Virus record (IMG/VR): IMGVR_UViG_3300038423_000106
DNA length: 64,000 nucleotides
Source of the DNA: an uncultured virus (IMG/VR IMGVR_UViG_3300038423_000106)
Taxonomy: Duplodnaviria; Heunggongvirae; Uroviricota; Caudoviricetes
Strand: one strand, 5' to 3'
Made by a program: the position numbers and the translations under genes. Below the pieces are notes generated by a model. The model was not told where the DNA came from. It did no database searches and saw only the letters and a list, made by a program, of their open reading frames with translations. Position 1 is the stretch's first letter. Every line of letters begins with the position of its first letter. Below are positions 19,477 to 28,702 of the stretch, in pieces.

Positions 19477-20123
19477 AGGCCCGCCGCCTTCCTGAAACCA
19501 TCCGGCAACTGACCAACCGGAACGGATGGCCAGTTTGCTTCGCCTGGATTCCGCTTCGTGCTGCGGTCGTTCAACGTGGCCACGAAGTTCCCATCGCCGT
19601 CCTTGGTGACTATCGCGCGCGAATCCCGCGCTGGCTTGATGAACGCCGCGTCTTCGATGAACTGACACTTCTCGTCCCACGGATGAGTCAAAGCGTAATC
19701 CGTGCGGTAGATCAGGTTCGCCCCCCAGATGTAACCACGGTAGTAGCTGGCCTTCTTGGATGCGAAATCGTACCAGTATGCGCGGTCGTATCCCGCAACC
19801 TCGGCGCCGTTCTGCATCAGGGCAACCTGGTCTGATATACGGTGCGGTCCGCTCCAGTCGTCGGCATCGAAGTGAACGATGTATTCCCCACAAGCTACCT
19901 TCGCGCCAAAGTTCCGTTTCTCGCTCAAGTTCCTTCCGGGAAACGGAAAGTAGCGGCAGTGGTCGATGCCGGTCAGCAGGTCGGCGATCGGCTCGTCTCC
20001 GGAGTCCACAACCACCAACTCGCGGTCCTCATAGTCCTGCGAGAGATACGAAGGGATGGCCAGAGTACGGGCCAATTCGCGAATGTTCCTGTGGCAGAGC
20101 AAGACGGTGACCAAAGGCGTCAC
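19470..20123 (-). CDS. Glycosyltransferase family 2 (GT-A)
   Basis: PLVTVL...QDY...ELVVVDSG...KRN.G...A.GEYI.HFDADDWS.P.RI..QV; FIED. Confidence 0.9.
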   Translation of the reverse strand: MTPLVTVLLCHRNIRELARTLAIPSYLSQDYEDRELVVVDSGDEPIADLLTGIDHCRYFPFPGRNLSEKRNFGAKVACGEYIVHFDADDWSGPHRISDQVALMQNGAEVAGYDRAYWYDFASKKASYYRGYIWGANLIYRTDYALTHPWDEKCQFIEDAAFIKPARDSRAIVTKDGDGNFVATLNDRSTKRNPGEANWPSVPVGQLPDGFRKAAGLC

Positions 20124-20914
20124 GCGGCCACCGCCATCTGCTCCACGCCGGCGATGCGGCGGAAAGCGGCCAAGGTCATCATCCGGATGGCTCCCGACCT
20201 GAACACTTTGTGCGGCCATTCGACCTGCTCAAGCCTAAGCAGCGGTTCGCTGTAGCACCTGCAGTTCCAAATGTTTCCGCTGTTGTACGGAGCGGGAGGA
20301 TTCTTCTCTCCGAGCAGCCGTTCCGGCGAGGGTGGATCATTCCAACTGACCAGCACGCCCTGCATCTTGCGGTGGGACAGACGCACCCGTTCGTCTTGCG
20401 AAGTCCGCCACACGTACCAGTTCAGGTCCAACTCCTCAGACCGCGCCTGCGTCAGCGCCGACTGCGCCTTGGCCGTCTCGGTCCGTGCGATCCTGCGCGC
20501 CTGCCAGCGGGCGATGTGCTTCAGCAGCGATGGCTCGTCCGCGGGACGCTGGCCCTCTACCGCTCGCCTCTGTTGCTCTTTCGACGCCATCAGCGCCACG
20601 TTCTCGGGCAGAGTCTTGATCAGCAAGGCGTTCTGTTCGACCAGCTCCCGAACCCTGTCACCTACCGGCCCCTGGAGTTCCGCCTGGAGCATCCGGTAGA
20701 TGTCGCGCCCGCGCATCACTTCCCTGCTCGCCTGGCGCCAGGTCCGCGCCGTGTCGTGGAGGCGCTGGAGGACCATCCGCTCCGCCGCTTGCCAGCTCCA
20801 CAGGTCGAGGAACCGTTCTCTGTCCACGAGCGGCACGCGGAACGAGCGCTGAGCGATCTCGAACAGCAACTTCGCGTATTCCTCGGCGGCGCGTTTAGAC
20901 TGTTGCCAGTTCAT
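20120..20914 (-). CDS. Head morphogenesis protein (SPP1 gp7/Mu F-like)
   Basis: ARRIARTETAK...YVWRTS.DERVR.SH...W..PP...NCRC. Confidence 0.9.
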   Translation of the reverse strand: MNWQQSKRAAEEYAKLLFEIAQRSFRVPLVDRERFLDLWSWQAAERMVLQRLHDTARTWRQASREVMRGRDIYRMLQAELQGPVGDRVRELVEQNALLIKTLPENVALMASKEQQRRAVEGQRPADEPSLLKHIARWQARRIARTETAKAQSALTQARSEELDLNWYVWRTSQDERVRLSHRKMQGVLVSWNDPPSPERLLGEKNPPAPYNSGNIWNCRCYSEPLLRLEQVEWPHKVFRSGAIRMMTLAAFRRIAGVEQMAVAA

Positions 20915-20953
20915 TAGTTTACTTTTGAGGTTAGAAAGGTTAGAATAGTAACC

Positions 20954-21307
20954 ATGACTAAACAACGCACCATAAGCAAGCAACATACGGGGGCAGCAGG
21001 TGAATTAAGGATTTGTGCTGACCTCCTCTTGCGCGGTTACGAAGTGTACAGAAATGTTTCATCTTCTGGTGTCGACATAGTCGCTTATAAAAACAAGAGA
21101 TTCTACCGTGTCGAGGCTAAATCGACACAAATGGGAACGAAGGACAAGAACAGCAATTGGGATATCCGGGCTACAGCTAACGACAGTCATGGGAAAATTC
21201 GCTATTTGGTTGCTGAAACTGGTGATGATTACAGATTCGACAATCTACGATGCACTGGCGTTCAAGATGCCGACAGTCCAGATTTTTCGAGGTCATCAAA
21301 TGTCTAG
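20954..21307 (+). CDS. PD-(D/E)XK nuclease-like protein
   Basis: G..GE....DL..RGY.V......DIVA......RVEAKS. Confidence 0.7.
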   Translation: MTKQRTISKQHTGAAGELRICADLLLRGYEVYRNVSSSGVDIVAYKNKRFYRVEAKSTQMGTKDKNSNWDIRATANDSHGKIRYLVAETGDDYRFDNLRCTGVQDADSPDFSRSSNV

Positions 21308-21560
21308 CCTTCTCGTTAAAAACGTGACTAAAGAATGGCTTCGCGAGATTAACTATGCTGCGGCAAAAGCAGACAAGACGCAAAGAGATTGGATAATCGA
21401 AGTTCTCGCCGCTGCCAGTTCTGGCATGGGAAACTTTAAGCAAGTCGGGCCTAATACATGGGTCAGTCATCAGGAAACGGCACCACACGGCGATAAGACT
21501 TGCAAGCACGGCTTTAGGACGTGCAAAGCCTGCGGGTTCAAAGACGGAGCGAAACAATGA
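21300..21560 (+). CDS. Ribbon-helix-helix-like protein with C-terminal CKH...CKAC
   Basis: LLVKNV...WL......AA......RDWII.VL pattern. Confidence 0.55.
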   Translation: MSSLLVKNVTKEWLREINYAAAKADKTQRDWIIEVLAAASSGMGNFKQVGPNTWVSHQETAPHGDKTCKHGFRTCKACGFKDGAKQ

Positions 21561-21826
21561 AAAACAAAACTGTAAATTTGCCGTTAGATCACGCATATTT
21601 TTGTCCGGCTTGCGAATGTCTTTCGCGAAATAAAGTATGCACTGATGGTCATAAACCTTGGCAGACTATCAACATGCGCAAATTCCTCATGCGCTTGGCT
21701 GGCCGTCTCATTGCTCTGACCGATGGCTACTCTGTAACCGATGTCAATCTCATTACGAACGTTCACGATGGCAGACCATTAAAAATTAACCAACAGCGAG
21801 GATTCTGTGTAACCGTTAAGCTGTAG
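21557..21826 (+). CDS. Hypothetical Zn-ribbon protein
   Basis: ATGA-coupled start; AYFCPACE...C. Confidence 0.5.
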   Translation: MKNKTVNLPLDHAYFCPACECLSRNKVCTDGHKPWQTINMRKFLMRLAGRLIALTDGYSVTDVNLITNVHDGRPLKINQQRGFCVTVKL

Positions 21827-21974
21827 ACAGTTCATGCCGTTCGGCCTGTATCTCCACGGTAACAGGTTCCAGGAAGTGCTCGCAACGCTGGTTCTTGCAG
21901 TGGTACGTTCCTATTCTACCCAAGATCAGCATCCATCCGCAGTCGCAGAACAGCGCCAGGTGGGCGACGGTCAC
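21816..21974 (-). CDS. Small Cys-rich protein
   Basis: GTGA overlap with terL stop; CDCG...C.N.RC. Confidence 0.45.
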   Translation of the reverse strand: MTVAHLALFCDCGWMLILGRIGTYHCKNQRCEHFLEPVTVEIQAERHELSTA

Positions 21975-23257
21975 GCGGCCTTGCCTACGATTCTCCAGTT
22001 CGGAATCCTCGTTTTCACCATGTAGCGCACGGCATCGCATTCGTCGTCTTTTTGCTTGACCGGTTCCTCGACCCCGCGTCGGGCCTTTTTGTCGTCCCAA
22101 GCATAAGCTGGAAGTTTCGAGATCGTCTTCGGGCAGCGTTCCCTGGAAAACTTGATCTTCCTCAGAGCCATCAGCGAACTGACCATGCGTATCCCGTCGG
22201 CCACTTCGTTGTCCGCGTCCGTGTGCCAGATGCCGCGCAGAGTCAGCTCGGCTTCGAACGAAGCACATTCTGGAGGGACCAGCACAAGGGCATGTGGCAG
22301 CGGATGACCGGGAGCGCCTGCGCGGTTGCCACCCTTCATGAAGTCTTCCAGGTCATCCGCGTACTGCCCGTCCGTCTTCTGGCGCATCGTCTCGCTCGAC
22401 TCCCAGACGTACTCGCGGTCAACCCATACCGTGTCCCCGTCATCTATCACGGCCAGATAGACTTGCGGGTGGGCAACGCCACAGTCTACGGCGATGGTTT
22501 CCTCCCCGACACCCTGACCAACCGGACACGGCCCATCGTAGCAGAGGGCATTTTCGTCCCAGCAACTCCCATAAATTGCTCCCTCGGCTACGATCCACAG
22601 GCCGAGGATGTACCGCTGATAAAACACGCCCGTATACGAACGCCGCAGGAAAGCCTTCGTGTCTTCATCCAAATGCGGGTTGTCGTCTAGCCCGAACTCG
22701 ATCACGCGCATGTCTCCGTTCTTCACCAATCGGTCCATGATCTCTTTCACGTGGTGGTAGGGAGAATCCGTGTTCGTCGTCCAGTAAGCCCTCGCCCCTG
22801 TCGGAGACATGCGGTTCAGCGCCATGTTGATGAAACTGGCCGGGTAAGTGACGACCTCGTCCGCGTACCAAATGCCGACCGTCATTCCTCTGACGTTCCG
22901 CTCAGAGCCTTCGTCCTTCGCACCCATCACTACCCACTTCGTCCCGAGTATCGACAGTTCCCCAGATTGCCGGTTGTAGGTGTAGCGGCTGGTTCCGACG
23001 AGATCGAACAAGTCGTTGAGAACGTTGCGGAAGACGGTTTCTTTTGTCGCGCCAGTCAACAGCCGCTGGCCCTTTACATCGTAGGCGCACAGGCCCAGGA
23101 ACTTGGCCATCATCGCCCAAGTCTTCCCGCTGCGCACGGCTCCCTGGAGCACAGTGAAACGGGAATCGTTGCGCGGATCACTCCTGAGGAACTCTATAGC
23201 CTTGTCTCCGCAGCGCAAGAGCTTGTAGACCTCAGTGAAGCCTTCGCTCATTTCCAT
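21971..23257 (-). CDS. terL: Terminase large subunit (PBSX-like)
   Basis: Walker A GAVRSGKT, Walker B YADE, TTN, RYI.G.W..AEG.IY, nuclease VDCG and DD.CDAVRY. Confidence 0.95.
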   Translation of the reverse strand: MEMSEGFTEVYKLLRCGDKAIEFLRSDPRNDSRFTVLQGAVRSGKTWAMMAKFLGLCAYDVKGQRLLTGATKETVFRNVLNDLFDLVGTSRYTYNRQSGELSILGTKWVVMGAKDEGSERNVRGMTVGIWYADEVVTYPASFINMALNRMSPTGARAYWTTNTDSPYHHVKEIMDRLVKNGDMRVIEFGLDDNPHLDEDTKAFLRRSYTGVFYQRYILGLWIVAEGAIYGSCWDENALCYDGPCPVGQGVGEETIAVDCGVAHPQVYLAVIDDGDTVWVDREYVWESSETMRQKTDGQYADDLEDFMKGGNRAGAPGHPLPHALVLVPPECASFEAELTLRGIWHTDADNEVADGIRMVSSLMALRKIKFSRERCPKTISKLPAYAWDDKKARRGVEEPVKQKDDECDAVRYMVKTRIPNWRIVGKAA

Positions 23258-23790
23258 CCCATCGCGTTCTTCACTTCCTTGGCCAAGTCGCGCTGCTTCT
23301 CTGATGTCCCAGATTCAAAGACGCCGGTGTGCTTGCCGAGCAGTTCTAGGCTGCTGCGCTTGTCGGACAGTTTGAACTTGGTTTTCCTTACTCGTTCAGC
23401 ATCGTACCCGTGACCTTCGACGTATTCTTCGACCGTGATCTCCTGAATCGCAGCCGCTCGGTCGCGATCGAGTTCAGATAAGTCCACGAGAGCGCTGCCC
23501 TGCTCCGTCACGCGGATGTAGTCCTTCATGTTCGAAAAGCCCAGCAAAGCGAGTTCCCGGATGATTCGTTCAGATGTGATTTCCAGTTTGTCCATCTGCC
23601 GACTGCGGAGACGCTCGATTTCGGCCGAGATAATAGCATTTGATAGCAGTCGACTGGACTGCTCTTGAGCTGCCTTCGGAGCATAGCCAGCGCGGATAGC
23701 TGCTTGCGTACCATTGAGGTCGATCAGATACTCACGCACGAATCTGGCTTGTCTATCGTTGAGACTGTTGTGGTTTCGTTTGGCGGCCAC
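23248..23790 (-). CDS. terS: Terminase small subunit
   Basis: RF..EYLIDLN.TQAAIRAGY...LELLGKH.G.F. Confidence 0.95.
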   Translation of the reverse strand: MAAKRNHNSLNDRQARFVREYLIDLNGTQAAIRAGYAPKAAQEQSSRLLSNAIISAEIERLRSRQMDKLEITSERIIRELALLGFSNMKDYIRVTEQGSALVDLSELDRDRAAAIQEITVEEYVEGHGYDAERVRKTKFKLSDKRSSLELLGKHTGVFESGTSEKQRDLAKEVKNAMGWK

Positions 23791-23833
23791 ATCTAATTGC
23801 GTAAGTTGCTGAATGCGTTAAGACTTAGCAGCA

Positions 23834-24073
23834 TCACGAGAACGCTTTGACCAGCCAGTCGTACCAGTGGCGGTGGTGGGCGGGAACCTCAAGGGGCGCC
23901 TCCACCTCTCCGCTCTGCACCTGCGCCGCCTCCGGCATCTCGATCGGCTCCGCCGGCAACTCCACGTTCGGCAAGTCGGGCGCGCCGTGAATTTCTAACT
24001 CCACGTGGTGCACGTCGTTCCCGAGCGGAACGACCTTCTTGACGCGGACCTTGCGGGTTTTCTTCTTCACCAT
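23834..24073 (-). CDS. Hypothetical protein
   Basis: Coupled to peptidase gene; SD-like GGTGG. Confidence 0.5.
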   Translation of the reverse strand: MVKKKTRKVRVKKVVPLGNDVHHVELEIHGAPDLPNVELPAEPIEMPEAAQVQSGEVEAPLEVPAHHRHWYDWLVKAFS

Positions 24074-24891
24074 TTTCCACCTGCGTGCGTAATTTTGAGG
24101 TCGGTCGAACCGTCGGCCGCATCAATGACTGAAGTCACCATCCAGAAGAACCCTTTAAGCCCCCAACTGTCAGACCAGCTGTTCTGGATCAGGAACGCCG
24201 GCGGGCAAGCAGCTGGGCGCAGTGTGGGAATCGCGCCGAGGTCGTAGCCAACGGCGAGCACCTCGTGGCCGCCCAAGACGGATTCAGTCGACACGTTCGG
24301 GTTGTAGATGCCAGTGGCCGCGACTTCGTCCGACTCCAGCGAATCGTAGACCGTGAAGCCGACCAAAACGGGCCACGGCACCGGATCGCCGAGCACAGAC
24401 TGCATGACCTGCGAGCCCGTCAAGCCGTGGTAGGCTCCCATGCGATACAACCCTGCGGCCGCGTCCTGCGCCGCGGTAGGCTGCGTGATCTGCCCGGCGA
24501 CGTAAGGGTCGAGCGCCAGCGGGCAGAAGCCCTTGAGGATCGCTACTTCGCACGCCGTTTCGCCGTCGGAACCGGCGTCGCTCGGGAAATTTCCGTCTGT
24601 GATCAGTTCCCATTCGTAAGTGTACTGCGCCGAGAACTGAGGGTTTGGCGGAGCGCCCTTCGGGAGCCAGAACTTGGCATACTTACGGAATATCCATTCT
24701 CCCGCCGAGGCGCTGGAATTGCCAGTGCACGAACCCTCGGCGCCCTGGTTCTTGATCGGACCGCACCATGAGCGCAGGTCTACCACGGAGGGGAGATTGA
24801 GAGAGACGCGGGACAGCATCCTGTGAGCGGGAAGCGGCTCGGGTATGCTGCGGTCGAAGCGGTGGCCTTTTGCGGTTACGATGACAGCCAT
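24067..24891 (-). CDS. Papain-like cysteine peptidase (C1 family)
   Basis: LP..VDLR...NQG..GSC; GGH.V..VGY; QNSW...WG.KG.F (Q/C/H/N catalytic set intact). Confidence 0.9.
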   Translation of the reverse strand: MAVIVTAKGHRFDRSIPEPLPAHRMLSRVSLNLPSVVDLRSWCGPIKNQGAEGSCTGNSSASAGEWIFRKYAKFWLPKGAPPNPQFSAQYTYEWELITDGNFPSDAGSDGETACEVAILKGFCPLALDPYVAGQITQPTAAQDAAAGLYRMGAYHGLTGSQVMQSVLGDPVPWPVLVGFTVYDSLESDEVAATGIYNPNVSTESVLGGHEVLAVGYDLGAIPTLRPAACPPAFLIQNSWSDSWGLKGFFWMVTSVIDAADGSTDLKITHAGGKW

Positions 24892-24990
24892 TTACGGCAC
24901 CCACCAGAACATGACGTAGGTCGCGGCGCCCGCCACCATCAAGAGAGTGACGACGAACGCCGCGAACTCGCGCTTTGTCAGTTCCTGCAT
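24892..24990 (-). CDS. 32-aa single-TM peptide
   Basis: MQELTKREFAAFVVTLLMVAGAATYVMFWWVP fills the intergenic gap exactly. Confidence 0.5.
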   Translation of the reverse strand: MQELTKREFAAFVVTLLMVAGAATYVMFWWVP

Positions 24991-24994
24991 TCGG

Positions 24995-25783
24995 CTACTG
25001 GACGCTGACGACGAACGTGCTCGCCGGACCCGCGACGACGTTCACCGGGCTGTAGGTTCCGGTCAAAGTGCCCATCACCGGGCCTGTGGCCGTCACCGTG
25101 ATCGTGTCGCCCGAGACGAGCGCGGGCGGGGTGGCCGGAGCCACGACGCAGCTCATGCCGTCGGCAGCGACCGTGAGTACGATGTTCGGATCCGCGCCCG
25201 CCCCCGGCGTGGTCTCGCATATCCAGGTCGGTACGGTGCCCGCGTCGAACGAGGTCGGCAAGCCGGCCGCGTCCACGATGCCCGTGATGGTTCCCGTCGC
25301 CGTGCCGTTGTCCGGGATCGATACCTTGAACTTCAGTTTGAAAGTCTTCGATTTTGCCATGTCTGAATCTCCTTTTCGGTTGAGTGAGTTTACGTCGACC
25401 ACTTCAACCTGAAATGCCACGGCTGGAGCGGAGGGAGGAGGTGTCTTGAGAATCGCCAGTATCTCCGCGATGTTCGAGGAGTCTGCGTTCTCTTGGGTAA
25501 GCACGGACTGCAAATTTGCAGCCACGGCCGTGTCTGTCTGGACGAGCGTGGAAAGGGCCGAGGCCATCCCGGCGTCGGCGTTGGCCAGGGCCGTGAGTTC
25601 GACGTTGCCAGCATCCACGGAGGTTTCGAGCAGGCGCAGGCGGTGCTCGATTTCGACTTGGTTGCTGTTGATGACTTCGCAGTAGTGGAGGATTCGAGTC
25701 AGAACGTTCTGGACCCAGACGGGTTCGGTGGGTTTGAAGACTGGCTCGGGCGGGGTTGGAGGTCCTGGTACGGGTTCGCTCAT
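24995..25783 (-). CDS. Hypothetical protein (coiled-coil plus Ig-like beta domain; internal start at 25360)
   Basis: SD AAAGGAG at both 25783 and 25360. Confidence 0.6.
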   Translation of the reverse strand: MSEPVPGPPTPPEPVFKPTEPVWVQNVLTRILHYCEVINSNQVEIEHRLRLLETSVDAGNVELTALANADAGMASALSTLVQTDTAVAANLQSVLTQENADSSNIAEILAILKTPPPSAPAVAFQVEVVDVNSLNRKGDSDMAKSKTFKLKFKVSIPDNGTATGTITGIVDAAGLPTSFDAGTVPTWICETTPGAGADPNIVLTVAADGMSCVVAPATPPALVSGDTITVTATGPVMGTLTGTYSPVNVVAGPASTFVVSVQ

Positions 25784-25947
25784 GCGAACGCTCCTTTCGT
25801 GAAAGCGGAAAAGTGTATCGGGGGCCAGAACATGCGGCCATCGACGATCAGGTAGCAGAACTCGCCGCAGACGAACACGTCGTCGAAGTAGCCGACCAGT
25901 TTGGGCAGCGGCTCGTACTCGGTCTGCGGCGTCAGTTCTTCGGACAT
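25780..25947 (-). CDS. Hypothetical protein
   Basis: SD GGAG; ATGA coupling. Confidence 0.45.
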   Translation of the reverse strand: MSEELTPQTEYEPLPKLVGYFDDVFVCGEFCYLIVDGRMFWPPIHFSAFTKGAFA

Positions 25948-26432
25948 GCCATCTCCGGCGGCAGGAACAATCCCTCGGGGTGCCCCAGCCTGCTCCTGCG
26001 CGGCCACACGCTCCCGACGTGCTCGAACTCGAACATGCACAGCGACAGCGCCGTCTTCATGGTGTTCACGCTGCAGTGACCCGTCACCTCCCGCATCTGG
26101 CGATAGGACAGGGGGCCGCACTCGACGAACGCGGAGAACAGCTTCGTCTTCCAGTCGCCGAGGCTGGGATGTGCCCCGCGGCGGACATGAGAGGTCGGGT
26201 GCAACTCGCGCCAGGCCTGCTGAATCTCTTTGTCGATGTTGTAGGTGCTCAGCGATTCCGGAAACATGATCGGCTCACATTTAGAACAATAACGCGTCCC
26301 GTTCTCGACGAACATGTTCAATCCGCACAGTTCACAAAGCTTGCTGTGGACTACCGTGCATCCCAGAGGGACCGTATGCTCGACCTCCGCGAAGCCCTGG
26401 AACATGCCGAGCGTGAAGGCTTGGCCCGTCAT
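25932..26432 (-). CDS. Zn-ribbon/HTH-like hypothetical protein
   Basis: CELC...CSKC; ATGA-coupled start. Confidence 0.55.
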   Translation of the reverse strand: MTGQAFTLGMFQGFAEVEHTVPLGCTVVHSKLCELCGLNMFVENGTRYCSKCEPIMFPESLSTYNIDKEIQQAWRELHPTSHVRRGAHPSLGDWKTKLFSAFVECGPLSYRQMREVTGHCSVNTMKTALSLCMFEFEHVGSVWPRRSRLGHPEGLFLPPEMACPKN

Positions 26433-26793
26433 CGGAACAGTATGAACACCGCCCACGCCCAGAGCCACAGGAGGAACGCTTTCATTTCGCCCTCTGCACT
26501 CCGACCTTCATGTCCCGCAGCTTCTCCTCGACCAGCTTCTCGTATGTCTTCCGCCAAGCTCCGTCCCGCATCAGCATCTTTCCGTGCTCCACTTGGTTCG
26601 TCGTGTACGGCTCCGGAAACTCCAAGATTTTAGCTTGCGCCACCGAGGAACTCCCTGCGGAGTTGACACACCCAATCGAGTTGCCAGACGGCCAGCGCGA
26701 CGGGGTCGTCGATGATTTCCATGTGCCGCTCCAAAGCATCCGAGGCCGCCTGTATCTCGCTCGCGCAATGCAGAACACGCTCCAGATCGGGCT

Positions 26794-27147
26794 TCACGCT
26801 GGCTCCGCCTGCAAATTTGCAGCCCAGACCTGACGCCGGATCGCGGCTCCGTTCGACTGACGATATGCCTCGGGATAACTTAAATCGAGGTTCTCCGGCC
26901 TGCGCGGTGGCAAAAGCTTGGGAACGGGGCGCGGCCCTGCGCGGAACTGCTCTTTCACCTCTGCCCAGGCGAAGCGGCCGAGGAGCACTATGCCCAGCTT
27001 CGGCTGCGACGGCTTGACGTACTTGGCCCAGCTGACGTTGACCAACAACGCGGCGAATTTCGGGGACGTTCTGTGCGGCGGGAGATCGGGAAGAGAGTCG
27101 GAAGGCTTGGAAGGCAGGAGGTAAACGGGGAGCCGATTGTTGGCCAT
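26794..27147 (-). CDS. Hypothetical protein
   Basis: First ORF after the promoter at 27239-27267. Confidence 0.55.
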   Translation of the reverse strand: MANNRLPVYLLPSKPSDSLPDLPPHRTSPKFAALLVNVSWAKYVKPSQPKLGIVLLGRFAWAEVKEQFRAGPRPVPKLLPPRRPENLDLSYPEAYRQSNGAAIRRQVWAANLQAEPA

Positions 27148-27238
27148 CAGTCTAGGGCAAGTAGGGTACGGGGATTCAAGTTGCGTTGAACCACCAGCTT
27201 CTATCGAGGCCGGAAACGCATGTTGAAGATTCGATTGA

Positions 27239-27267
27239 ATAATAATCACAAATTGCCCCGCTGTAAA
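27239..27267 (-). promoter_or_regulatory. Sigma70-type promoter
   Basis: TTTACA-17 nt-TATTAT in an AT-rich intergenic gap. Confidence 0.6.
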
Positions 27268-27275
27268 GAGTTATC

Positions 27276-27980
27276 TCAGACGCCGCTACTGGCAAGGGGT
27301 TTGCCATCGGTGACTATCAGCTTTTGTTCCAAAAGTCTTTCCGCGTAATCCGCAACACAATTGACCAGTTCGGGAGGGATGGTCGCCGCCCGCGCTTTCT
27401 GGGTGTCTTGCCGTTTTTGCGATTTGCTCGATCCGGTTGCGAGAATCTGTTCGCGGTTCCATGCGCCGAAACCCTTGTTTATTCCTTGCGGCATCAGCGG
27501 CGGTACGCCCGTTCCCCAAAGGTGATAGGGTCCACAGTGATGAACGGATCTGCCGACGAAATCCTGCGCCCGTCGCACGTTCTCAAGAATGTATGGCACT
27601 CCGCTTTCTTCGCAGATTGACCGCGTATGATTGAACAGGCGAATTCCCAACTCCGGGTAAGGCGGGTCTGGATGAAAATGCCGCATCCCAAAAACGGCGA
27701 ACTGCTCGCACGGGGGAGAGGCGCAGATGAAATCGAAATCCTCCCAGAATGGACCATGCTCATCCCAGATATAGGTGGCTATTTCAGAAGCTGAATTTCT
27801 TGGCGCGATTCGCAACACATCGGCCATCAGAAAAATACAGCTTTCCGGTATCTCTAGTGGCTCAATCAAGTCCACTCCCACACACTCCCATCCCCTCGCC
27901 GCAAACGCCCGCGACCATCCCCATCTTCCTGAGAAGAGGTCCAAAAGACGGTACTTTCGTTTTCCTCCGCCCGTCCTCAA
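27276..27980 (-). CDS. C5 cytosine methyltransferase-like protein
   Basis: LLDLFSG.WG (motif I), ASPPC..F (IV), ILENV (VI); short. Confidence 0.7.
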   Translation of the reverse strand: MRTGGGKRKYRLLDLFSGRWGWSRAFAARGWECVGVDLIEPLEIPESCIFLMADVLRIAPRNSASEIATYIWDEHGPFWEDFDFICASPPCEQFAVFGMRHFHPDPPYPELGIRLFNHTRSICEESGVPYILENVRRAQDFVGRSVHHCGPYHLWGTGVPPLMPQGINKGFGAWNREQILATGSSKSQKRQDTQKARAATIPPELVNCVADYAERLLEQKLIVTDGKPLASSGV

Positions 27981-28106
27981 ATCCCCAAATCCTTCTCAAC
28001 CGCTACTGCTCCGCTCCGCGCTTGTGACGCGTGGCGACGTGTTGCATAAGTTCCTGGAGACTTTTGGCTTTGACTTTGCAATGCTTCGAGACTCCGCAGA
28101 TGAACT

Positions 28107-28331
28107 TCACGACTCCGCTCCCGCGACCAAGACTCCTGGCATCGCCGTGTGCGCGTTCGTTCGCTTCGTTCCTTTGTCTGCCCTTGTTTTGCGAACATCG
28201 ACAGGCTTTGATGCCTGAATCCGCTGCTTCAGGCGAGAGTTGGCGATGCCCATGATTGACTGAACGACTTCAAGCGGAGCCTCGTCCACCCAAGCCAAGA
28301 ACCTTGCCTCCGTGCTGATTTTCTTGCTCAT
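28107..28331 (-). CDS. Hypothetical protein
   Basis: SD GGAGG; RKTRADKGTKR basic motif. Confidence 0.55.
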   Translation of the reverse strand: MSKKISTEARFLAWVDEAPLEVVQSIMGIANSRLKQRIQASKPVDVRKTRADKGTKRTNAHTAMPGVLVAGAES

Positions 28332-28342
28332 TGTGTTGCCTC

Positions 28343-28702
28343 CTAAATTCGCTTTGATCCAGCCCGACCATTGCACAACCAGCAGGAACATGAATTTATT
28401 TTATGCCCGTCTGAGTCAATGATGCGGTCATCCCTTGTTGCGCTGCCCATCCCGCGCCCGTTCGTCGAATGGTCGAACGTCGGAGCCACGATGCGGTGAT
28501 CTCCTCGACTGCAAATCCCATTCTGGCGGTCGTGCATCTCCATCGTCCGACGCTTGTATTCTGCTTCGCCTTTTGCATTGTCCAAACAGACCTCGCGCCC
28601 ATCGGGATATTTGCGGAACGAATCATTCACGACCTCGAAGCGCAGCGATGTGGCGAGCCCCTTGTACTTCTTGCGCACACGGCCCATGAACGGAGTTGTC
28701 AT
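28343..28702 (-). CDS. Degenerate HNH-like protein
   Basis: RQ.G.C...TFDH...RGMG....D...C..CN..GS. Confidence 0.5.
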   Translation of the reverse strand: MTTPFMGRVRKKYKGLATSLRFEVVNDSFRKYPDGREVCLDNAKGEAEYKRRTMEMHDRQNGICSRGDHRIVAPTFDHSTNGRGMGSATRDDRIIDSDGHKINSCSCWLCNGRAGSKRI

